Program-made: the position numbers and the translations under genes
The notes under the pieces: generated by a model
Databases searched by the model: none
Told to the model about the DNA's origin: nothing
What the model saw: the letters and a program-made list of their open reading frames with translations, nothing else
DNA from: Candidatus Latescibacterota bacterium
GTDB lineage: Bacteria; Latescibacterota; UBA2968; UBA8231
Assembly: GCA_965217585.1 (NCBI GenBank)
Contig: OZ244561.1
Location: 256,001-320,000 of the forward strand
Reading direction: 5' to 3'
Length of the DNA: 64,000 nucleotides
Shown here: positions 39,172 through 47,907 of the stretch, in pieces
Numbering within the stretch: position 1 is the stretch's first letter
How the letters are laid out: every line of letters starts with the position of its first letter

Positions 39172-40929
39172 ATGGGAAAACGGTCTAAGGCACTCGTTTG
39201 GCGCTTGGCACTCTTATGCGGCGTAGTACTGATAGCCTGTACCAGCGAACAGACGCCGGACGGTTTGCAGCAAGTGCCGCGCAACCGCACGCTGATCGTC
39301 GATTGCGCCGAGAACAACACCTGCGGCGGCCAGATCCAAGACTACAACACCTTCAACCCCTTCGTGCCGGGCGGAATCTCGCGGATCGGCTATCAGTTCC
39401 TCTACGAGCCGCTCTACTTCTTCAATGGCTACAAAGCCGACGCCGAACCGCTGCCGTGGATCGCCACCGGACACCGATTCAACGCGGACTACACTGAAGT
39501 CGTGGTGGATATCCGCCCAGGCGTGGAGTGGAGCGACGGGCAGCCGTGGACGGCGCACGACTTTGTCTTTACGGTCAATATGCTCAAAGAACACGCGCCG
39601 CAACTGGTGTTCTCGACCGATATGGAAACTTGGGTCCAAGAGGCGGTAGCGCTCGACAGCCTGACGGCAAAGATCGTCCTCAAATCGCCTAACCCGCGCT
39701 TTCTCTTCAGTTATTTCACCCACAACCACGGCAACGGAGTGCCGATCGTCCCCAAACACATCTGGGAGCGGCAAGATCCCTTGCGCTTTGCCAATTACGA
39801 TCTGGCCAGCGGTTGGCCGGTGGTCACGGGGCCGTATCGCATTGCGCTGTCGGAGCCAGCACAGCGGATCTGGGATCTGCGCCCGGACTGGTGGGCGGCC
39901 AAGATCGGCTTCCACGCGCTGCCGCAGGTCGAGCGCTTGATCTTTCTGCCCTATATGGAAGAGCACCAGCGAGTGCAGAACCTGCTGGCCAACAAGCTCG
40001 ACACCTGTTTGGAACTCCGACCTTCCAACATCATTACCCTGCTCGAACAACACGACAAAATGAGCACCTGGACGGGGCGGGAGCCGCCCTATAGCTACAT
40101 GACGCCGTGGGCGATCACCCTGGGCTTTAACAATATGGAAGCCCCTTTCGACGACCCCGAGATCCGGCGGGCGATCAACTTTGCCATCAACCGCGAACAA
40201 CTGGTCGAGATCGGCTGGCAGAACTCGGGCGACTACGCGCTGTTGCCGCTGCCGGACGTGCCGCAGATGCAGCCCTATTTCGCGACGGCGGCGGATCTAG
40301 TGGCCCGATACGAGATCGGCGTCCACGACACTGCGCGCACCGCGACGATCATGGCAAGCAAGGGGTGGATGCGGGGGCCGGATGGATTCTGGGAGAAGGA
40401 CGGCGAGACATTTTCGCTCGTCATCGACATCTTCGCGCATTTCCAGGACCTGACGCCGATTTTGGTCGCCCAACTCCAAGCGGCGGGCTTCGACGCCTCG
40501 TTCCGCATGACCTCGGACTACATTTCGCGGATGGCCCAGGGCGAGGCGCGCGCTTTTATGTTTGGCAACCTGAGCTCAATGCGCGATCCCTACCAAGTGC
40601 TGAGCCACTACCACAGCCGTTTCGCCAAGCCGACGGGCGAGACTGCCGAGCACTACTGGCGCTGGCAAAACGCCGAGTTCGACGCGCTAGTGGACCGCAT
40701 GGCGCAGACGCCCAACGACGATCCCGCGATGATGGCGATTTACCGGCAGGCAATGGCGATCTGGCTCGCAGAACTGCCGGCGATTCCAATTGTGCAGTGG
40801 CCGCACCGGATCCCAGTCAACGAGACGTACTGGACGGGGTGGCCTTCGGCGGAAGATCCTTATATGAACACTTCGTACTGGGCGCGGTCTTGGCTGCTGG
40901 TATTGCTCAATTTGCGCCCGGTCGGCTAA
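39172..40929 (+). CDS. ABC transporter substrate-binding lipoprotein (family 5)
   Basis: LIAC lipobox, YEPL, WSDGQPWTAHD, TGPY and RRAINFAINRE motifs. Confidence 0.92.
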   Translation: MGKRSKALVWRLALLCGVVLIACTSEQTPDGLQQVPRNRTLIVDCAENNTCGGQIQDYNTFNPFVPGGISRIGYQFLYEPLYFFNGYKADAEPLPWIATGHRFNADYTEVVVDIRPGVEWSDGQPWTAHDFVFTVNMLKEHAPQLVFSTDMETWVQEAVALDSLTAKIVLKSPNPRFLFSYFTHNHGNGVPIVPKHIWERQDPLRFANYDLASGWPVVTGPYRIALSEPAQRIWDLRPDWWAAKIGFHALPQVERLIFLPYMEEHQRVQNLLANKLDTCLELRPSNIITLLEQHDKMSTWTGREPPYSYMTPWAITLGFNNMEAPFDDPEIRRAINFAINREQLVEIGWQNSGDYALLPLPDVPQMQPYFATAADLVARYEIGVHDTARTATIMASKGWMRGPDGFWEKDGETFSLVIDIFAHFQDLTPILVAQLQAAGFDASFRMTSDYISRMAQGEARAFMFGNLSSMRDPYQVLSHYHSRFAKPTGETAEHYWRWQNAEFDALVDRMAQTPNDDPAMMAIYRQAMAIWLAELPAIPIVQWPHRIPVNETYWTGWPSAEDPYMNTSYWARSWLLVLLNLRPVG

Positions 40930-40932
40930 GCT

Positions 40933-42939
40933 GTGCCCTCCATGTCCCCCACCCTGTTCGACCGCACCCTGTTGCCCGAGGCCCTAGGCGAATTCGTCGT
41001 CATCGCCGATACCCACTATGCGTTGGCAGGAGGCGTCGGGATGGACGAATTCCCCTCCCGCGCCCAACAGAGCCGACGGGCGGCCGCGGCGTTGCATCTG
41101 GTGGCCGCCTTGGAGCCGGATTTTGTCGTGCATATGGGCGATGTGGTGCAGGAGTACCCCGGGAGCGCGGGCTTTATTCCGGCCCTGGATCAAGCCTTAG
41201 AGCAGATGGCCGCCTGCGGCGTGCAGCCGCGTTGGGTGGCGGGCAACCACGACGTCGGCGACAAACCCGACCCCACCATGCCGACCCATCCGGTTACAGC
41301 CGAAGGACTGGCCACATACCACCGACGCTTTGGCCCATCCTGGTACAGCTTTGACCATCACGACCTGCACTTGGTGGTGCTCAATAGCCAGATTCTGAAC
41401 ACCGGCCTGCCGGCAGAGGAAGAGCAAAGAACTTGGTTGGAAGCCGACCTAGCCGCGCACGCCCAGATGCGCATCGCGGCATTTTTGCACTTACCTCCCT
41501 ATCTGCACAATCCTGCCGAGCCGCATCTGGGGCACTACGACAACATCGGCGAACCAGCCCGCACTTGGCTGCTAAAATTATTGGCCGCCCACCGGGTGGC
41601 TTGGCTCTTTGCGGCCCACGTGCACTTTGCCTTTTGCGATCCGGCGGGAGCTTTGGACTATCGCACCGTCCCCTCCACTTCTTTTACGCGCCCCGGTTTT
41701 AGCCACTTGTTCAACAGCGCACCGCCGCCCGAGCAAGGCCGCAACGACCAACCCAAGCTGGGTTTTTACCTGTGTCGCCTGCGCCATAACCGACTCGACA
41801 TCCACCTGATCCGCACCGCCGAGACACCGGGATCGCGGCGATTGCTCACCCCGGCAACCGCCGACTTGGGCGGGGGCCCATTGGGACTGACCGCGACTCA
41901 TCCGCTGGGCTGGGAAGCGCAAGTTCCCATAACCTTCCCCTCGGTGGTGCGTCAGCTAGTGCGCAACGACTATCCCCTACTGGCCTGTCTAGAGCTAGGC
42001 GCACAGGCCCTGCGCTGCCCTTGGACCGATTTGGACCAGTCCGGTGACCGCTTGCGCTTTTTGCGCAGCCAAGGCGTCCAAGTGCAAGCGACCATGCTCG
42101 ACGACGAGACCACCCAGTACGAGTCCATTCTAGAAAGTTGCCGTGACCAAGTGGATACTTGGGAGATCCAGACGCCGGGCGGGCCTTGGCCATCTCCGGC
42201 GTGTCTGTATTTGTTCAAGAGCTACCATCGCAATCTGCGGCTGTCTTTGGCCCCGGTGATCCCCGGCCAGCAGATGGCCGGCAAGCAGCATCCCCGCACC
42301 CGAGTCGGCTACCGGCCCGACGAAATGGCCCAACTCGACCGTCGCTTGCAGGACACTGATACCTGGATAGAAGCGGCCCTCTGCCGACTGGATGCAACGG
42401 CCCCTTGGGAAGATGCCTTGGCTTGGCGCGAAGTAAGTGCCCTGACCACGATGGGTCGGCTGGATTTGCTCTTTGAGTTGCCGGGGCAAAGCGACCAAGA
42501 CGATGCGCTCCGAGCCGCAGAAGCACTCTTTGCAACGGCACTGCTGCCGAGGGCGCGGCTCTTTGTCGAGCCTTTTATCGATCTGGACCGCACCATGGAT
42601 GTCGGTCAGGGGCTTTTGGATCCCCTGTGCAACCCCCGCCCCGCCTTTGGCGTCCTGCGCTGCCTCAATACGCTGCTACAGCGCTTTCGCGTGCCCTTCG
42701 CCGAGGCCACTAGTAGTATAGAAGATGATGGCGCGACAGCGCGGCTGCTCCGGGGACCGACCCGCACGTTAGCATTGCTGTTGCCAGCGGTTGCAGGGGC
42801 TACAATTCCGTCGGTTGTGCCGGTTACCGGATCGGCGCGGCTCTATCGCCTAGCCGACGGCACCGTAGAAGAGATGGAGGCCGAGCGGCTGTCAGAGATA
42901 GCACTCGATCAGCCGAGCTTGGTGATCGTCGAAGATTAG
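40933..42939 (+). CDS. Calcineurin-like metallophosphoesterase with large uncharacterised C-terminal domain
   Basis: ADTH, GDVV, GNHD, HLP and AHVH motifs in the first ~270 aa. Confidence 0.85.
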   Translation: MPSMSPTLFDRTLLPEALGEFVVIADTHYALAGGVGMDEFPSRAQQSRRAAAALHLVAALEPDFVVHMGDVVQEYPGSAGFIPALDQALEQMAACGVQPRWVAGNHDVGDKPDPTMPTHPVTAEGLATYHRRFGPSWYSFDHHDLHLVVLNSQILNTGLPAEEEQRTWLEADLAAHAQMRIAAFLHLPPYLHNPAEPHLGHYDNIGEPARTWLLKLLAAHRVAWLFAAHVHFAFCDPAGALDYRTVPSTSFTRPGFSHLFNSAPPPEQGRNDQPKLGFYLCRLRHNRLDIHLIRTAETPGSRRLLTPATADLGGGPLGLTATHPLGWEAQVPITFPSVVRQLVRNDYPLLACLELGAQALRCPWTDLDQSGDRLRFLRSQGVQVQATMLDDETTQYESILESCRDQVDTWEIQTPGGPWPSPACLYLFKSYHRNLRLSLAPVIPGQQMAGKQHPRTRVGYRPDEMAQLDRRLQDTDTWIEAALCRLDATAPWEDALAWREVSALTTMGRLDLLFELPGQSDQDDALRAAEALFATALLPRARLFVEPFIDLDRTMDVGQGLLDPLCNPRPAFGVLRCLNTLLQRFRVPFAEATSSIEDDGATARLLRGPTRTLALLLPAVAGATIPSVVPVTGSARLYRLADGTVEEMEAERLSEIALDQPSLVIVED

Positions 42940-43625
42940 TCGATGTGCTCGGTGCGGTCCGAGTCGAGCAGCGCGCGCATTTCCTCAATATTGTCCAGCC
43001 CCAGCCGGACTCGGCGAGTGAGGTTTTCCTCGGCCTCGCGCACCTTGGGCAAGGTTTCCACAATATGGTCGAACTGGTCGTGCGGGATGACCACCACCCC
43101 GTCGCGGTCGGCGACGACAATTTCCCCCGCATCGACGCAGGTCCCCCCCATGACTACGGGCATTCCGGCGGTACCCGGTCCATTGCGGGTGCAGGAGTTG
43201 GGAGTGATGCCCATGCAGAAGGCGGGCAGGCCAACGGGCAGGATGCCATCGATGTCGCGCATCAGACCGTCGGTGACAAGGCCGGTGATGCCTCGATTCC
43301 GCCCCATCGCTATCATGATGTCGCCGGCAACTGCGGTGCGGGTGAACGTATCCGTGGCAATGAAGATCGCGTCCCCTCGCTGCGCGATCTCGAGCGCGGC
43401 AAAGACGGCGAGGTTGTCGCCCGGCCCCGGATGACAGGTGACGACGGGCGCGACGAACTTGCAGTTGTCGGGGTCGAGCGGCTTGATGCGGTAGTCGAGC
43501 GCGCCGCGACCGTTCATGCAATCGACGATAAAACCGGTGGGAACATTGCGGAGAGCGCGTAGGACAGCTTCCGAAGGCCGCGGGAAGTTGCGGCGAACAG
43601 TGAGTAGCGGAGGATCTTTAATCAT
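42936..43625 (-). CDS. RraA family / HMG aldolase-like protein
   Basis: PGDNLA, VTDGLMRD and VADRDGVVV motifs. Confidence 0.9.
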   Translation of the reverse strand: MIKDPPLLTVRRNFPRPSEAVLRALRNVPTGFIVDCMNGRGALDYRIKPLDPDNCKFVAPVVTCHPGPGDNLAVFAALEIAQRGDAIFIATDTFTRTAVAGDIMIAMGRNRGITGLVTDGLMRDIDGILPVGLPAFCMGITPNSCTRNGPGTAGMPVVMGGTCVDAGEIVVADRDGVVVIPHDQFDHIVETLPKVREAEENLTRRVRLGLDNIEEMRALLDSDRTEHID

Positions 43626-43655
43626 GTCAGCTCCAAGGGTGAATGAAGGCGGACT

Positions 43656-43685
43656 ATTCTATAAGAGGCCAAGGGCAGTTGTCAA
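43656..43685 (-). promoter_or_regulatory. sigma70-type promoter of the RraA-family gene
   Basis: TTGACA-N18-TAGAAT, 30 nt upstream of the ATG. Confidence 0.6.
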
Positions 43686-43752
43686 ACCCTAGGTCGGTAC
43701 AAGGGCTACCCTGCCATCGAAAAACGTCCAGTGTGGATTTTGACTATGCTTT

Positions 43753-44919
43753 TCAGCGCTCCACCGCACGCCCCCAAGGCCCAGGGATGTAGGGGAAGCG
43801 AGTTTCTAGGTCGTCGGCTAATTCCACGCCCCAGCCGGGCGCAGCGGGCAGCGCGAGGTAGCCTTCAGTCGCGGGCGGGTCTTTAAAGATGTCCCATTGC
43901 AACGGCCCTTGGCCGATGAACATTTCCATCACGTGCTCTTCGGGGAGAGCGGCGAGGAAGTGGGCGTTGGCTATGGTCAACAGACCGTTGTGCCAGTTCT
44001 GAGTAAAAAGCTCAATACCATACTCTTTGGCGCGGTGGTAGATGCGGATGGCCTCGCCGAGGCTGCAAACGCCAACATCGAGCTGGCCCTTGGCGTACGC
44101 TTTTTGCGCGAAGAACGGCTCAAACTGATCGAGGGTCGAGTTGGATTCGCCGCCGGTGATGGGCAGACTCAGTTCGGCGTTGAGGCGGGTGTAGCCGTCG
44201 ATCTGCTCCTTGGGCAGCGGTTCTTCAAACCACGTCCAGCCCTCTTCGTCGAGAAAGTGGCCAATCTCGCGGGCCTGCGCCTCGTCGAGGCGGCAATTGC
44301 CCTCCAGCATCAGCTCCATGCGCGCGCCCACCGCGTCGGTCACCTCCTGCAACAGGTCGATCATCTGCGCGACGGTGACGCCCGACCACGACCACTCGGT
44401 GCCCAGCCGCATCTTATAGGCGGTGAAGCCCCGGTCGGCGAGCGCCCGCGCTTCATCAACCACAGATGTGGGGCGATCGTCCCAGTCGTACTGCACGCCA
44501 CCCGAAGCATAGAGGCGCAAGAGGGTGCGCGGTTTGCGCTCGGGGGTTTCGGGCGTGATGAGGGGAACGATGAGTTCGGCGACTGTTTTGTTTTGCGCCT
44601 TGGCGCGCAGATCCCACAGCGCCAATTCGAGACCAGCGTGGACAATGTGCATCGAGCGGTCGCCGGTAGGTCTGAGAGCTAGATCCGGGTCGAGCGGATC
44701 GCGGCCGATGAGACTGGGCTTGAGCGCATCGAGCCGCTGGCGAATGAGCGGTGGATCGCCATAAGTGGAAGGTTCGGCGATGCCCTGCAAGCCGACGTCC
44801 GTGTCGATGATGACGATGGGACAGTCGGCTTTTTCCACGTGGAAGGTGGCGCTGAACCACTGACGGTCGGGTTCGTGGGGACGAGAAAGGCAGAGGGTGC
44901 GGATGTCGGTGATTTTCAC
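43753..44919 (-). CDS. Mandelate racemase/muconate lactonizing enzyme family protein
   Basis: LELALWDL, YASGG, FEEP, GGES and PGWGVEL motifs. Confidence 0.9.
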   Translation of the reverse strand: MKITDIRTLCLSRPHEPDRQWFSATFHVEKADCPIVIIDTDVGLQGIAEPSTYGDPPLIRQRLDALKPSLIGRDPLDPDLALRPTGDRSMHIVHAGLELALWDLRAKAQNKTVAELIVPLITPETPERKPRTLLRLYASGGVQYDWDDRPTSVVDEARALADRGFTAYKMRLGTEWSWSGVTVAQMIDLLQEVTDAVGARMELMLEGNCRLDEAQAREIGHFLDEEGWTWFEEPLPKEQIDGYTRLNAELSLPITGGESNSTLDQFEPFFAQKAYAKGQLDVGVCSLGEAIRIYHRAKEYGIELFTQNWHNGLLTIANAHFLAALPEEHVMEMFIGQGPLQWDIFKDPPATEGYLALPAAPGWGVELADDLETRFPYIPGPWGRAVER

Positions 44920-44928
44920 GAGATCTCC

Positions 44929-45963
44929 TCAGCGCGAGTCGCGCATCCAATCCAGCGAGAAGCGGGCCAGGGTCAGACGCTCATAGGGCTGCTCGGTGCC
45001 GCATTCATAGAGACAGGCGACGCGACCGTCGGGCAGAACCGCTAGACAGGAGTACGCTGCCGGGCCGGGATGCAGGACGCGGGCACAGGCCCACGTTTGG
45101 CCGTCGTCGTCGCTGAGCCGCACGGTCATATTCTGGCGGCCCTCGGCGCTGGCGGGATTAGAAAAGAGCAAGCTAGTGCCGACCCGGCGGATGCTGGCCT
45201 GACAGATCGGCTCGACGAGGACGGGATCGCGCGCTATGGACGACCAGCTCTGGCCGCCGTCGTCGCTAAACGAAACGGCGCGGGCGCGGATGCTTGGATC
45301 GTAGTTGCGCATATTGAGCAGCAGGCGACCGTCCTGCAACTCGACGACTTCGCACTCGTTGACTTGGTCTTGCGGGGTCGAGCCGCCGAGCCGCCAGCTC
45401 TGGCCGCCATCGTCGCTGAGCAGGACGTGCGAGTAGTATTTCCTGGTGCCCGCTTCGATGTGGTCGCAGGGGACGACGAGCCGGCCAGTGGCTAGCTGGA
45501 TGCCAGCGCCTGGACCGGTGGCGTACCAAGTCCAGTTAGGTTGCTTAGCTGTGGCAGTGATCTCCACGGGAGGTGACCAAGTGCGTCCGTCGTCCTCGCT
45601 GCGCGTCAGCCACACCGTGCGGGTGCCCTCGCTCGTTTGGTCGATGATCTCGGGCTCGTGGTCACCGCCGAGATTGTGGGTCATCAGTAGAGAAATCGCA
45701 CCCGTGCGGGCATCGATTACCGGGCAGGGATTGCCGCAGGTGTTTGGACCGTCGTCCCACACCAGCTCGTAGGGAGCAAACGTCTGCCCGCCGTCGTCGC
45801 TGCGCCGCAACAGCATGTCGATGTCGCCAGTGTCGCCGCGGGCATTCTTGCGGCCCTCGCAAAAGGCGAGCACCGCGCCCGTTGGTGTGGTAATCAGGGA
45901 TGGGATGCGGAAGGTATGGTAGCCTTGGGTCCCGCTCTCAAAGAGGTCAATGGAATCGATCAT
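44929..45963 (-). CDS. Sialidase family (GH33-like) protein
   Basis: FRIP motif, five Asp-boxes (SxDxGxTW-type), YS near the C-terminus. Confidence 0.92.
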   Translation of the reverse strand: MIDSIDLFESGTQGYHTFRIPSLITTPTGAVLAFCEGRKNARGDTGDIDMLLRRSDDGGQTFAPYELVWDDGPNTCGNPCPVIDARTGAISLLMTHNLGGDHEPEIIDQTSEGTRTVWLTRSEDDGRTWSPPVEITATAKQPNWTWYATGPGAGIQLATGRLVVPCDHIEAGTRKYYSHVLLSDDGGQSWRLGGSTPQDQVNECEVVELQDGRLLLNMRNYDPSIRARAVSFSDDGGQSWSSIARDPVLVEPICQASIRRVGTSLLFSNPASAEGRQNMTVRLSDDDGQTWACARVLHPGPAAYSCLAVLPDGRVACLYECGTEQPYERLTLARFSLDWMRDSR

Positions 45964-45974
45964 GTCGTTGGCTC

Positions 45975-46331
45975 CTATACCATAAATCCTTCTACCGGCT
46001 CAAGTCTTTTGGCCACTGGATTGACGCCCATGAACACGCCTTCAAGGGCCAGAGCACCTAGCAACGGCACAGTCTCCTCCGCATTGAATAAAACGAGCGT
46101 AACCACCTCTCGCCCTTCAACTCGCAGCCACGTCTGGCCAACGTCCATAAGCCTAACCTCGCCTTGGCCAAACTGAAAACGCTGTTGCATCAAGGGCGTC
46201 ACCCCCAATTGGCGCAGAACGGACGCCGGAACCGAGGTTATAGACGCTCCTGTATCCACTAGCGCATCCAAGTCGATCCAGTGTGCCCGCTGTTGGTCGC
46301 CGATGCTAATCTGTACGTTGAACGTTCCCAT
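45975..46331 (-). CDS. Clan AA (retropepsin-like) aspartic protease
   Basis: ALVDTGAS and LLGALALE motifs. Confidence 0.85.
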   Translation of the reverse strand: MGTFNVQISIGDQQRAHWIDLDALVDTGASITSVPASVLRQLGVTPLMQQRFQFGQGEVRLMDVGQTWLRVEGREVVTLVLFNAEETVPLLGALALEGVFMGVNPVAKRLEPVEGFMV

Positions 46332-46501
46332 GTAATGCGGTCCTCGGAAAGGAAATCATTGGTTAGATATGTGGAATATACCCTGTCGAATCGGAGTAGA
46401 GCAAGAGCGTCCCTATATTGGTTGCAGGGAAAAAGTACGTCTGAGTAGATTCGGGTCGTTCACCTTCTTTGCCAACGACCACTAAACGGAGGAAACGCAA
46501 C

Positions 46502-47881
46502 GTGGACCCCATAACAGAGCTAGCCGAATTCGACCGCGAGACCGTCGCCCAAGCCAAAGCCGTCGAACAGCGCATCCAAGCCGAGGGCCTTGCAGCCGGG
46601 CACACCCTCCGCGACGTGCGCGTCTTCCGGGTGCTAATGCCCTGGGTTGGGACCAAGCGCTGGGATGGCTCGGCCGAGGGGTTTACCTTTGCCGAGTTCG
46701 AGACCGATAAGGGCTTGGTCGGCATTGCCGAGGGAGCCAACGCGGACGCCGAAGAATTAAAGGGCAAAGTCCTAGGCAAAAATCCTTTTGACCCCAGCAT
46801 CCGCGCCGATATGGGCCTAGCCTACTGGGACCTGAGCGGCAAAATCGCCAACCGACCATTGGGCCAGTACTTGCACGAACTCTTCGCGCTAGAGACCCCC
46901 TTGGCAGAGCGCGTACCCATGTCGGCCTATACTTGGTATAGCTTCCCCGACCTCAACGGCGAAAACGCCGTTACCTTTGAGAGTTATCCTTCCTACGTAC
47001 AGGAAATTATCCACACCCACGGCTTCCACAACATCAAGCTCTCAATGTGCGATTTTGAGCCGCATCACTATGTGGAATTGGTGCGCAACATCCGCGCGGC
47101 TGTGGGAGCAGACGTGGACATTCGCGTCGACCCACACGCTTCTTGGGGCGAGGCGCAGGCGCTGCGCTTTATGCGCGAGGTCGAGGACTACCACCCGGAG
47201 TGGATTGAGGAGCCGGTAGGAGGGCGTTTTGCTCACATCTTCCGCGCTGGCCATCGCCTGCGGCTGTTGAGCACCATACCGATCTCGTCACACGCTTGGC
47301 TGCCGCCGCTAGTACCGCATTCTGATGCCAAGGGTCGTTACGGCGATGGTGCTCTAGATGCAGCGCTGGATCTGGACGCACTACACCGCTGGAAACCGGC
47401 CGACATTTCCGCTCCCGACGCGTACGCGGGGCCGCTGGCGCTCAAGCGCTATTACGACGCGGCGCGCTTTCTGGGTATGGGGATCGGCATGCACAGCGCT
47501 TATGAACTGGGACCGGCGACAGCCATCCGCCTGCACATCGCTGCCTTCACCTTTCCCTATGAAATGCCCTATCACATCGTCTGGGGGCGGGACCGCGCCT
47601 TTCCGCCCTTTTCAGCGCATGCGATCGACGCGCATTACAACCAGTGGGCCGACGACGTAATCTGCGGCGGCAAGATGGCCTACGACCAAGGGTTCCTCAC
47701 CGTACCTACGGGGCCCGGGCTAGGCGTCGAACTCGACCCCGAGCGCCTGCGTCACTACGCCTTCAGCGAAGAAAAGGCCGCAGCCCATACCCGCCACATC
47801 GAACAGATCCGCGCAACCCATCTCGACGCGCTGGGCTGGCGTGTGGAGCGCAGCGGCTGGCGACGTTATCGGACGCGCTAG
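46502..47881 (+). CDS. Enolase-superfamily protein, glucarate-dehydratase-like but divergent
   Basis: GGAGG RBS + GTG. YWDL, RVDP, EEP, GMHS, AIDAHY and PGLGVELD motifs. Confidence 0.85.
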   Translation: MDPITELAEFDRETVAQAKAVEQRIQAEGLAAGHTLRDVRVFRVLMPWVGTKRWDGSAEGFTFAEFETDKGLVGIAEGANADAEELKGKVLGKNPFDPSIRADMGLAYWDLSGKIANRPLGQYLHELFALETPLAERVPMSAYTWYSFPDLNGENAVTFESYPSYVQEIIHTHGFHNIKLSMCDFEPHHYVELVRNIRAAVGADVDIRVDPHASWGEAQALRFMREVEDYHPEWIEEPVGGRFAHIFRAGHRLRLLSTIPISSHAWLPPLVPHSDAKGRYGDGALDAALDLDALHRWKPADISAPDAYAGPLALKRYYDAARFLGMGIGMHSAYELGPATAIRLHIAAFTFPYEMPYHIVWGRDRAFPPFSAHAIDAHYNQWADDVICGGKMAYDQGFLTVPTGPGLGVELDPERLRHYAFSEEKAAAHTRHIEQIRATHLDALGWRVERSGWRRYRTR

Positions 47882-47907
47882 GCTCTTTTAATAAACCACG
47901 GAAAGCT

